NCBI GenBank assembly: GCA_003552985.1
Contig: PUPD01000265.1
Location: 541 to 64,540 of the forward strand
Source of the DNA: Spirochaetaceae bacterium
GTDB lineage: Bacteria > Spirochaetota > Spirochaetia > DSM-27196 > SLAA01
Reading direction: 5' to 3'
Length of the DNA stretch: 64,000 nt
A program made the position numbers and the translations under genes. This document shows, in pieces, positions 35,391-43,281 of the stretch (position 1 is the first letter of the stretch; the number at the start of each line of letters is the position of its first letter). The notes below the pieces were generated by a model that saw only the letters and a program-made list of their open reading frames with translations, did no database searches and was not told where the DNA came from.

Positions 35391-36182
35391 GTGGCCAAGA
35401 TAGACTACGATGGTGAACAAGTGATGCAGGAATCGCTTCAAAAACGACTAGCCGTACTCATTGATGCCGATAACGCGCAACCGTCGATCGTGGACGGGTT
35501 ACTCGAGGAGATCGCCAAGTACGGCGTGGCAAGCGTCAAACGAATCTACGGCGACTGGACTAGCCCCAACCTGCGCGGGTGGAAAGAGGTGCTGGTGGAG
35601 CATGCAATTCAGCCGATTCAACAGTTCAGCTACACTACCGGGAAGAACTCCACCGACAGCGCGATGATCATCGACGCGATGGATCTCCTCTACACCAACA
35701 AGATGGATGGGTTCTGCATCGTCTCGAGCGATTCCGACTTCACACGCCTGTCGGCGCGGATTCGCGAGGCCGGTCTGACTGTGTACGGGTTCGGGCAGGA
35801 AAAAACGCCGAAGTCGTTTGTCGGGGCCTGCGACAAGTTCATCTACACCGAGATTCTCCGCAAGAAGTCCAAGGACGACTCCGGTGACGGCGATTCGACG
35901 CCGACCAAGAAACCGAAAGCAACCGAATTGCGACGCGATTCAAGGCTTGTGAGCCTGCTGCGAAACGCTACCGAGGACTCGGCCGACGAGGACGGATGGG
36001 CTCATCTGGCCGAGGTCGGTCAGAATATCGCCAACAAGAGCTCGGAGTTCGATCCGCGAAACTACGGCTACCGGAAGCTCGGTGAGCTGGTGCGGGCGGT
36101 GGGGCTCTTTGAAGTGAGCGAGCGCGCAAACGAAAATGCGCCGGGCAAGTCTATCTATATCCGCGACAAACGACGCAAGTAA
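35391..36182 (+). CDS. NYN (LabA/limkain-b1-type) nuclease domain plus OST-HTH/LOTUS RNA-binding domain protein
   Basis: LAVLIDADNAQPS, KRIYGDW, NSTDSAMIIDAMDLL and CIVSSDSDFTRLSARIREAG..VYGFG form the NYN part. The C-terminal part (WAHLAEVGQNIANKSSEFDPRNYGYRKLGELV) is OST-HTH. The start is GTG 35391 or ATG 35424. Codon usage is visibly less GC-biased than in the neighbours. Confidence 0.85.
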   Translation: MAKIDYDGEQVMQESLQKRLAVLIDADNAQPSIVDGLLEEIAKYGVASVKRIYGDWTSPNLRGWKEVLVEHAIQPIQQFSYTTGKNSTDSAMIIDAMDLLYTNKMDGFCIVSSDSDFTRLSARIREAGLTVYGFGQEKTPKSFVGACDKFIYTEILRKKSKDDSGDGDSTPTKKPKATELRRDSRLVSLLRNATEDSADEDGWAHLAEVGQNIANKSSEFDPRNYGYRKLGELVRAVGLFEVSERANENAPGKSIYIRDKRRK

Positions 36183-36194
36183 CGGTTCGGAACA

Positions 36195-36560
36195 ATGCAT
36201 CTCAACCCCTTCGATTACGTCGCGCTGGTGATTGCGGTGGCGGTCGTAGTCGGCTTCGTGGTGCTGGCATACGGGAGCACCGAGGCCGGCAGCCAGATCC
36301 GCATCCAGGGCGAGACTCGGGATTACATATACGAGCTCGCGACCGACCGCGAGGTCGAGATTCCGGGCCCGCTCGGCGATACGCTGATTGAGATTCGCGC
36401 CGGTGAGGTGCGGGTGGTTTCCTCGCCCTGCCGTGACGATATCTGCGTGGCGGCAGGCTGGGTCTCGCAGTCCGGGCAATGGATCGCCTGTCTCCCGAAT
36501 CGGGTCTTCGTGCGCGTGGAACACGCCGAAGAAGCCGATGTCGACGCGCAGACGTTCTAA
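36195..36560 (+). CDS. NusG domain II-containing (DUF1312) membrane-anchored protein
   Basis: N-terminal TM helix. SSPCRDDICVAAGWVSQSGQWIACLPNRVFVRV is the NusG_II signature. Confidence 0.75.
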   Translation: MHLNPFDYVALVIAVAVVVGFVVLAYGSTEAGSQIRIQGETRDYIYELATDREVEIPGPLGDTLIEIRAGEVRVVSSPCRDDICVAAGWVSQSGQWIACLPNRVFVRVEHAEEADVDAQTF

Positions 36561-36608
36561 GGCTTGCGTTAGGGTTTCGCGGGGCCGCCGGCAGCCGAAG
36601 TAGACCGG

Positions 36609-37184
36609 TCAGCGGAATCCCAGCAGGTAGGTCTCAAACGAGTCCTTGCGGCAGGCGCGCGGTTTGCAGGCGCGCGCGCTGCGGAACTCGGTGCGCAGGT
36701 GCCGCAGGAGTTCTCGTTCCTCGCCCCCCTGAAAGATTTTGATCGCGAGCCTGCCGTGAGGACCGAGCGTGCGCCGGGCGATCTCCACGGCCATCTCGGC
36801 AAGCGCTGCCGAGCGTGCCGAGTCGAGCGCTCGGTTGCCGGTAGTTGCCGGTGCGGCGTCGCTGAGAACCAAATCAAACGGAGCAAGGGAATCAAGCCGC
36901 TCTAGGACGTGTGGGCGAAACATGTCGTCGGCAATAACGGTAAGGTTAGGGGTTTCGGCAGGCAGTTGCAACGGCGCGACGTCCACCGCCACTACCTGCG
37001 CGGTCGGGCGTTTGCGCAGCACATACTGCGTCCAGCTTCCGGGTGCCGCGCCGAGGTCGAGCACGTGGGCGGCGTCCTTGAGCAGCCCGAACCGCCGGTC
37101 GAGCTCTTCCAGCTTGAATACCGACCTGGCCAGGTAGCCTTGTTCCTTTGCGGCGTTCGTGTAGTGATCGGGTTTTTCGCGCAC
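36609..37184 (-). CDS. rlmE: 23S rRNA (uridine2552-2'-O)-methyltransferase RlmE/FtsJ
   Basis: GYLARSVFKLEELDRRFGLL, the SAM motif VLDLGAAPGSWTQY, and VLSDAAP. Confidence 0.88.
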   Translation of the reverse strand: MREKPDHYTNAAKEQGYLARSVFKLEELDRRFGLLKDAAHVLDLGAAPGSWTQYVLRKRPTAQVVAVDVAPLQLPAETPNLTVIADDMFRPHVLERLDSLAPFDLVLSDAAPATTGNRALDSARSAALAEMAVEIARRTLGPHGRLAIKIFQGGEERELLRHLRTEFRSARACKPRACRKDSFETYLLGFR

Positions 37185-37256
37185 GGCGGTTACTCCTTCA
37201 GCTCGGCGTGCTGTGCACTGAACCCTACTCGTGACAGTACCCCAGGGTCAAGAATC

Positions 37257-37286
37257 TTGACCCTCGCTCGAGTTTGCGCGTACACT
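37257..37286 (+). promoter_or_regulatory. candidate promoter immediately upstream of the rhomboid gene
   Basis: TTGACC (37257-37262), 18 nt, then TACACT (37281-37286). The assumed GTG start lies 6 nt after the -10 box. Caveat: the TTG at 37257 is itself in frame and could be an alternative start. Confidence 0.35.
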
Positions 37287-37292
37287 AACAGC

Positions 37293-37934
37293 GTGAGTGT
37301 TACCGCAATAGTTCGTAAGCCGTTCGTGTACAAACAGTATAACGTCACCCTGACGCTTATTCTGATCAATTTCTTCATCTTCCTGGTAACGGTGGCGTTG
37401 CGCCCGGCTCTGGCGCAGCCGCTGGCGCTGAATCCGCTCGCGGTGGTTGAGCACAATCAGTGGTGGCAGGTATTCACCTACATGTTTGTGCACGGCAACT
37501 TCTCGCACATCCTGTTCAACATGCTCGCGCTGTTCTTCTTTGGAACCCAGCTCGAGTACCGGCTGGGGAGCTCAGAGTTCCTGTTGTTCTATCTGCTTAC
37601 CGGAATGCTGGCCGGACTGTTTTCGCTGGGATTGTACTGGTTTACCGGCGCGCACATGGTATTCCTAGTCGGCGCCTCTGGGGCTGTCTACGCTACGCTG
37701 TTGGCCTTTGCCACGTTTTTCCCGAACGCGCGCATCTTTCTGTTCGGTATTCTGCCGATCCCGGCGCCGGTTCTGGTAGTCGGGTTCACCTTCATCGAGC
37801 TCTTCTCGCAGATCTCGGGTGGACGCGGGAATATCGCCCATATGACCCACCTGGCCGGCTTTGCGATCGCCTTTCTGTATCTGGTTGTACGGATGGGTGT
37901 GAACCCGGTCAAAGTGTTCATGGGCTATCGCTAA
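37293..37934 (+). CDS. rhomboid family intramembrane serine protease
   Basis: WWQVFTYMFVHGNFSHILFNM, GASGAVYATL (catalytic Ser) and HLAGFA (catalytic His). The start is uncertain (GTG 37293 or TTG 37257). The long upstream extension in the ORF track runs antisense through rlmE and is rejected. Confidence 0.8.
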   Translation: MSVTAIVRKPFVYKQYNVTLTLILINFFIFLVTVALRPALAQPLALNPLAVVEHNQWWQVFTYMFVHGNFSHILFNMLALFFFGTQLEYRLGSSEFLLFYLLTGMLAGLFSLGLYWFTGAHMVFLVGASGAVYATLLAFATFFPNARIFLFGILPIPAPVLVVGFTFIELFSQISGGRGNIAHMTHLAGFAIAFLYLVVRMGVNPVKVFMGYR

Positions 37935-38014
37935 GCCTGGCCACCGGCTACGTGCGCGGACATAATCGAATAGGATTCTAAGCTCACCGCAGTCGGGCTG
38001 CCGATACTGATGGT

Positions 38015-38758
38015 ATGCGGTTCCCATCGTTCGCATGCTGTTGCGTCGTGCAAAGGCGCAGGCGCGGAATCTCCTCGGCCGGGCTCGCACTCGGGCTGCT
38101 GATTCTTCTGTTTGGGCCTGCGGCTGTGGGCACGGGCGCAGGGCCGTTGAGCGCACAGCCCGACTGGCTTGAGCATGAGTTCTGGATCGAGCTCGAGCCG
38201 GTTGCGCAGCCGACCGAAGAGTATCCCCTTGATCCGCGCGAGGCGGCCGAGCGCGTGCTCGAGGAGGCGCGCTACGTGTACTCGGCGATGGTGTTCGGCA
38301 TGCGCTTTCGCTATGTTCCGTTGGATCTCGCGCGCCGAATCGACGAAGAGTTCGAGCTTTCTCCGGTTTCCGAGCTTCCGTGGGGTGACCCCGCGATCCG
38401 CGTACGCGAGTCCCGACGGGCCGAGGGCCGCCTGTGGGCGCGAGTTCGTTACACCCTCCGGGAACACGAGCTGAGACGGCTGAATGCTTGGGCAAGCTCG
38501 CGAGTCCCGGTGGCCGCCGGTCGCGGCGAGGCGTCGCTGCTTGGCGGCTGGACCGCGAAGCGCGAAGCAATCGAGGACGCGATGCGGCTTGCGATTAGGG
38601 AGCATGTGCGAGCCCGGGTGTACAACAAGCCGCGCGAGATTCGCGGGCGACTGGCGCTTTACGAGCCTCCCCGGGTGTTTCTGCGCTCCGGGAGCTATGT
38701 CGCACAGGTTCGCGTCCGGCTCGAGATCGAAGCCGTTGAGCCGTACGCCGTGTACTGA
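38015..38758 (+). CDS. hypothetical exported protein
   Basis: 247-aa ORF with an N-terminal hydrophobic segment (GLALGLLILLFGPAAVG). No recognisable domain. Codon bias is consistent with the neighbours. Confidence 0.5.
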   Translation: MRFPSFACCCVVQRRRRGISSAGLALGLLILLFGPAAVGTGAGPLSAQPDWLEHEFWIELEPVAQPTEEYPLDPREAAERVLEEARYVYSAMVFGMRFRYVPLDLARRIDEEFELSPVSELPWGDPAIRVRESRRAEGRLWARVRYTLREHELRRLNAWASSRVPVAAGRGEASLLGGWTAKREAIEDAMRLAIREHVRARVYNKPREIRGRLALYEPPRVFLRSGSYVAQVRVRLEIEAVEPYAVY

Positions 38759-38766
38759 GCCTGCGC

Positions 38767-39660
38767 TCAGTGGACGATCTGTTGAATCGAGATCTCGGCC
38801 TGATCGAGGAGCTGCCGGAGCGGATCGTAGGCGCTGTCGTCAATCGAATCGAGCTTGTCCCAGGAATACAAACGCCGGATCAGTTCGTTGCCTTCGGGCG
38901 TCTCGATGATCTGCTTCAGCGCATTGACTATCTGGTCGCGCAACTCCTCCGGAACCTCGGGTGAGAACTGCACCCCCTCGTTCGGAATAGAGGCCGACTC
39001 CGCGAGCACCACGATGACGTCTTCCAGGTCATCGAACTCGGCTGCGAGTGCGGCCAGCCCACCGACATAGAGTGCTCCGGCATCGACATCCTGCTCGTAG
39101 ACGGCCTCGATCACCGCCGCATGGTTATCGAGATCGCGCAGATTGCTGAGGTCATCCGGATTCAGGCCGGCGGCGCGCATCATCAGGCTGGGGACGATCC
39201 ATCCGCTCGGGGACAAGGGGCCGGGACGCGCGAAGGAGCGGCCGGCGAGATCTTCAAGCGATTCCAGACCGGCATCACGGTTAGCCACCACCTTGGCTTC
39301 GTAGGAAGCGGTTGAGTTCCGCACTCCGACGAGCGCCGGCTCTACCAGCCCCTGCTCGAAGGCGGCAAGATAAGCCAATGCCGGAAGCACACTCATGTGC
39401 GCTGCGGCCGGGTCGGCCTCGAACGCTTCGAGGATGGCGGCATTGGTTTGGGCGATCATCGGCTGGATGTGAATTCCGGTGAGCTCGTAGATTTCGGTGG
39501 CGAGCTCTCCAATCGCCGCCGGGTCGTCTCCGGAAGGTTGAACGGCCCACCGCAGGGGGTGGTCTTCGGTTCCGAGCTCGCCTTCGGGAGCTCCGCCGGC
39601 GAAACTCAGACCCGACAGTACCAACAATAGCGTAGCGGTGCTGCAGACTAGCTTGTTCAC
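38767..39660 (-). CDS. PhnD-like ABC-transporter substrate-binding protein (phosphonate/phosphite family), orphan
   Basis: GTG start 6 nt after AGGAGGGA. Signal peptide (VCSTATLLLVLSGLSFAGG). The fold pattern follows PhnD-type SBPs (...FARPGPLSPSGWIVP..., IEAVYEQDVDAGA). No permease or ATPase gene is adjacent. Confidence 0.65.
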   Translation of the reverse strand: MNKLVCSTATLLLVLSGLSFAGGAPEGELGTEDHPLRWAVQPSGDDPAAIGELATEIYELTGIHIQPMIAQTNAAILEAFEADPAAAHMSVLPALAYLAAFEQGLVEPALVGVRNSTASYEAKVVANRDAGLESLEDLAGRSFARPGPLSPSGWIVPSLMMRAAGLNPDDLSNLRDLDNHAAVIEAVYEQDVDAGALYVGGLAALAAEFDDLEDVIVVLAESASIPNEGVQFSPEVPEELRDQIVNALKQIIETPEGNELIRRLYSWDKLDSIDDSAYDPLRQLLDQAEISIQQIVH

Positions 39661-39886
39661 ACGCGTTCCCTCCTGATTGCTGCCGCCGCCGACAGCTACC
39701 GACGGTGGCCGGTGGTGCTCATGCAGTCCCGGAGCTCCTGATCCGGGAGCCTGTCGAACAGCCTCCGCCGGGTGCCACAAGGCCTATGTAGGTTCATGGG
39801 TTTCTGCAACTCCATCCCGAATACACTGAGTATATCGTCGGCGGCAACTTAAGTTCCAGCGGCTGCGGGCGATTCTCGGGCAGCCG

Positions 39887-41383
39887 ATGATCTGTTACAA
39901 TCGACCAATGGACCCATCGCTGTTCCAACACAATCGCAAGGTGATCTCCGGGAGCGCCCCGGAGGATCTATGGTCTGAGTTCGCCGCGCTGGCGGCGATT
40001 CCACGCTGCTCGAAGCACGAAGCCGAGGCGCGGGAGTATGTTACGAAGCGCGCGGATGCCCTCGGCCTTGAACACGCCACCGACGCCGCCGGCAACCTCG
40101 TAGTCCGGAAACCTGCGAGCCCGGGCTTCGAGGAGCGACCGACGGTCGTGCTGCAGGCCCATCTGGATATCGTCTGCGAGAAGAACGCCGATACGGAGCA
40201 CGACTTTGCAACGCAGGGGGTACGCTTCCGTCGTGAAGGCGACCGACTCACCGCCGAGGGCAGTACCCTGGGTGCTGACAACGGAATAGCGGTGGCCGCA
40301 ATTCTGGCGGTGTTGAGCGGTGAGTATCGCCACGGGCCGCTCGAAGCGCTGTTCACGGTTGATGAGGAAACCGGGCTGACCGGCGCGCGCGACCTGGACC
40401 CCCGTCTGATCACCGGCAAGCTGCTGATCAACCTTGATTCGGAGGAGGAGGGCTCGTTCACGATTGGATGCGCCGGAGGAATCAACACCAAGGGTTATCT
40501 GCCGGTGGAGTTCCAGGATTCCGGCGGCGGGGGGACGCCGATTCGCTTTGCAGTGCGTGGGCTCTGCGGCGGGCATTCCGGGATCGAGATTCACAAGGGG
40601 CTCGGCAACGCGATCAGCCTCGCTGCGCGCGTGTTGGCGGTTCTGAGCCAAGAGCACGGCCTTGCGCTCGCCGAGCTTCGTGGAGGCGAGAAACACAACG
40701 CCATACCGCGCGAGTGCTTTACCTCGGGGGTTCTGACCGCAGGCCGATTCCAGGACGCCGAGCAGCGGGTCGGTGAGCTCGAGCGAGCGCTGCGCAACGA
40801 GTATCGCGCTGTTGAGCCCAACCTGCGTCTCGAGCTTAAGCAGATCACGGACCCGCCGACTCGAACCGTCGAGCCGGGGCGGACGGCTGCTATCGCGCGA
40901 CTGCTCAGGGTGCTTCCGCACGGGGTGCTCGCGATGAGCGCCGAGGTCCCTGAGCTGGTGGAAAGCTCCACGAATCTCGCCGCAGTGGAGCTGAAAGAGT
41001 CTGAGTTGCAGATCCTCACCAGTCAGCGCTCGTCGGTGGCAACCCGGGTGACCGAGGCGTCGGGCCGTGTGGCTGCCGCGGTGGAGCTCGCAGGCGGCAG
41101 GGCCGAAACCAACGGAGGCTATGAGCCGTGGGAACCGAATCCCGACTCGCTGCTGCTCGCCAAAGCTCGGACGCTGTATCGGGAGCGCGAAGGCAGCGAA
41201 CCGAAGATCGGAGTGATTCACGCCGGTCTGGAATGCGGCGTAATCGGGGTCAAGTGCGACGGGATGGAGATGCTCTCGTTCGGACCGGACATTCGCGGAG
41301 CTCATTCACCGGACGAATCGGTGAGCATCAGGTCGACCGAGCGGGTATTCGCGTTTCTGACGGCCTTGCTCGAAGCGCTGTAG
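39887..41383 (+). CDS. pepD: aminoacyl-histidine dipeptidase (PepD, M20C)
   Basis: LWSEFAALAAIPRCSKHE, AGNLVVRKPASPG, VVLQAHLDIVCEKN, LGADNGIA and DEETGLTGA. An alternative start at ATG 39908 lies 6 nt after a TACAAT box. Confidence 0.9.
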   Translation: MICYNRPMDPSLFQHNRKVISGSAPEDLWSEFAALAAIPRCSKHEAEAREYVTKRADALGLEHATDAAGNLVVRKPASPGFEERPTVVLQAHLDIVCEKNADTEHDFATQGVRFRREGDRLTAEGSTLGADNGIAVAAILAVLSGEYRHGPLEALFTVDEETGLTGARDLDPRLITGKLLINLDSEEEGSFTIGCAGGINTKGYLPVEFQDSGGGGTPIRFAVRGLCGGHSGIEIHKGLGNAISLAARVLAVLSQEHGLALAELRGGEKHNAIPRECFTSGVLTAGRFQDAEQRVGELERALRNEYRAVEPNLRLELKQITDPPTRTVEPGRTAAIARLLRVLPHGVLAMSAEVPELVESSTNLAAVELKESELQILTSQRSSVATRVTEASGRVAAAVELAGGRAETNGGYEPWEPNPDSLLLAKARTLYREREGSEPKIGVIHAGLECGVIGVKCDGMEMLSFGPDIRGAHSPDESVSIRSTERVFAFLTALLEAL

Positions 41384-41519
41384 GGGCTGCCCGGGCGTCT
41401 GCAAGAACTCACCGGTGCCGTACGAGCCTACGGCGTCCAGGGGCGGCGTGCGCGAGGACGAGTTGCCGGCATCGCTTGTTTATCCTTCGAGGACGTGATA
41501 ATGGTAGCAGACAGGGATA

Positions 41520-42836
41520 ATGTCCGACCTGCGTTCTAAGTCCATATTCGAGTTTGATGTCGTCCTCTTTCTCGCGACCGTGGCGCTGACCGTGATCGGT
41601 GTGATGTCGATATACTCCAGCGGCGTCACCGCCGCCGGCGCGCGTTTCTCGAGCGAATACTTCAAGCAGATGATCTGGGGCGGCATCGGCCTGGTTCTGA
41701 TGTTCGGCGCGGCGGCGCTCAACTACCGGCGGCTGAAAGGCGTATCGCTACAGCTGTATATCGCGATTCTGGTTCTGCTGTTGGTGACGGCGTTTTTCGG
41801 GCGAATGGTGTTCGGGGCCCGCCGCTGGCTCGGGATCTGGCAGCTGGGGATACAGCCTTCCGAGTTTGCCAAGCTCGCCGTCATTGTGCTCTGCGCTCGG
41901 TATCTCGAACGTATTGGAGCCCGAATCGCGACACTGCGCGGCTTCCTAGTGGGGCTTCTGCCGACTCTGCCGGTGACGCTGCTGGTGCTCCTCCAGCCGG
42001 ATCTCGGGACGGCGACGGTGTACGTGCCGGTGTATCTCTGCATGGCGTTTATCGCCGGAGCCAAGCTGCGACATATCGCGTTCGTGCTGGTCGGCAGTAC
42101 GCTACTGGTGGTGTTCGCCGTTGCCCCGTACTACGAGGAGTATGTCGCCGGGCAGCATATTACGTGGCTTGCGATTTTTCGCGAGCCGCACCTGCTGGGA
42201 TGGCTGGCAGCCTCGCTCGTGGCCGTGCTGGGGTTGGCGATCGGCGGATTGCTCGTCACCAAGCGTTCGGTGTTCTACTGGGTGGCGTACGGGTGCACGC
42301 TGGTCGTCGGAAGTCTCATCGGGTCGTTGGGAGCACGCCTGATGCTGCGCCCGTACCAGGTCACGCGGCTCCTGGTGTTTCTCAACCCTAATCTGGACCC
42401 GCGCGGCGCGGGGTGGAACACCATTCAGTCCATCACCGCGGTCGGCTCCGGCGGCCTGTCCGGGAAGGGCTTTCTCCAGGGAACCCAGACCCACTTCCAG
42501 TACCTGCCGCAACAGAGCACCGACTTCATCTTCTCGATCATCGCCGAAGAATGGGGCTTCGTCGGCTCGTTCGTGGTCTTTGCGCTATTCATGGCGGTGT
42601 TCGTGCGCGGGCTGTTCATTATCGCCTACGCGCGCGACGCCTTCGGAGCGTATCTCGCAGGCGGCATCCTCGCGCTGCTGTTCTTTCACTTCATGGTCAA
42701 TATCGGGATGGCGATCGGCGTGTTGCCGATCACCGGTATTCCGCTCTTCTTCCTCTCCTACGGTGGGTCCCCGCTGATCGCAGGCATGCTCGGCGTGGGG
42801 CTGCTCCTCAGCATCTACAATCGCAAGTATCGCTGA
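41520..42836 (+). CDS. rodA: FtsW/RodA/SpoVE (SEDS) family peptidoglycan glycosyltransferase, RodA-like
   Basis: 10-TM SEDS pattern: QPSEFAKL, LQPDLGTA, GSGGLSGKGFLQGTQT...LPQQSTDFIFSIIAEEWGFVG, GVLPITGIPLFFLSYGGS. Confidence 0.85.
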   Translation: MSDLRSKSIFEFDVVLFLATVALTVIGVMSIYSSGVTAAGARFSSEYFKQMIWGGIGLVLMFGAAALNYRRLKGVSLQLYIAILVLLLVTAFFGRMVFGARRWLGIWQLGIQPSEFAKLAVIVLCARYLERIGARIATLRGFLVGLLPTLPVTLLVLLQPDLGTATVYVPVYLCMAFIAGAKLRHIAFVLVGSTLLVVFAVAPYYEEYVAGQHITWLAIFREPHLLGWLAASLVAVLGLAIGGLLVTKRSVFYWVAYGCTLVVGSLIGSLGARLMLRPYQVTRLLVFLNPNLDPRGAGWNTIQSITAVGSGGLSGKGFLQGTQTHFQYLPQQSTDFIFSIIAEEWGFVGSFVVFALFMAVFVRGLFIIAYARDAFGAYLAGGILALLFFHFMVNIGMAIGVLPITGIPLFFLSYGGSPLIAGMLGVGLLLSIYNRKYR

Positions 42837-42974
42837 ACTCTTTTGCGATGGTGACCAATTTGCAGAATATGATACTGCGCGGTCGCGCCCCGCCGTACTA
42901 CAACTCCGAACATTCTAATCGATATTCTTGGCTCAATTGGTCGCGAGTAGCTGAGTGAGGATACGAACAAGCAC

Positions 42975-43278
42975 ATGTTGAGAAAGCTGAAGCTGGGAGT
43001 CAAGCTGCTAGGCGGGTCCGGAACTCGTCGCCGCGGTGGTGGCGATTGTGGGTGTTGTAGGGTTCCGGGGTGCGAACCGCGTGAGCGGCGACATCGTCGA
43101 GATAGGATGGATGCGGCTTACGAGCATTGCCTCGCTGCTGAGGGTCGAAGAAGCCGGCGGGCGAAGACCTGCAGGAGCGGCCTCCCGTGAGAAAGTCTGT
43201 TCCGCGCGCTGTGGGCGGCGAGCGGGTGCGCTGCGCAGTTGGGACGTGGACAACTGCGCTATACTCCACGTAGAGTAA
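42975..43278 (+). pseudogene. remnant of a methyl-accepting chemotaxis protein N-terminus (frameshifted and truncated)
   Basis: Frame 1 reads MLRKLKLGVKLLGG.., a typical MCP opening. After a shift near 43010-43020 a second frame continues ..ELVAAVVAIVGVVGFRGANRVSGDIVEIGWMRLTSIASLLRVEEA, which is TM1 plus the start of a sensor helix. There is no HAMP or signalling domain, and the next gene starts at 43282. Confidence 0.5.
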
Positions 43279-43281
43279 GGT

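Noticed and set aside
43060-43090. GGTTCG-containing segment on the minus strand, examined as a possible tRNA T-arm; the whole 42837-43281 gap was also examined for a c-di-GMP (GEMM) riboswitch upstream of the GGDEF gene
   Set aside because: There is no complementary T-stem, acceptor stem or anticodon arm, and no GEMM consensus blocks. The region is better explained as an MCP pseudogene remnant.
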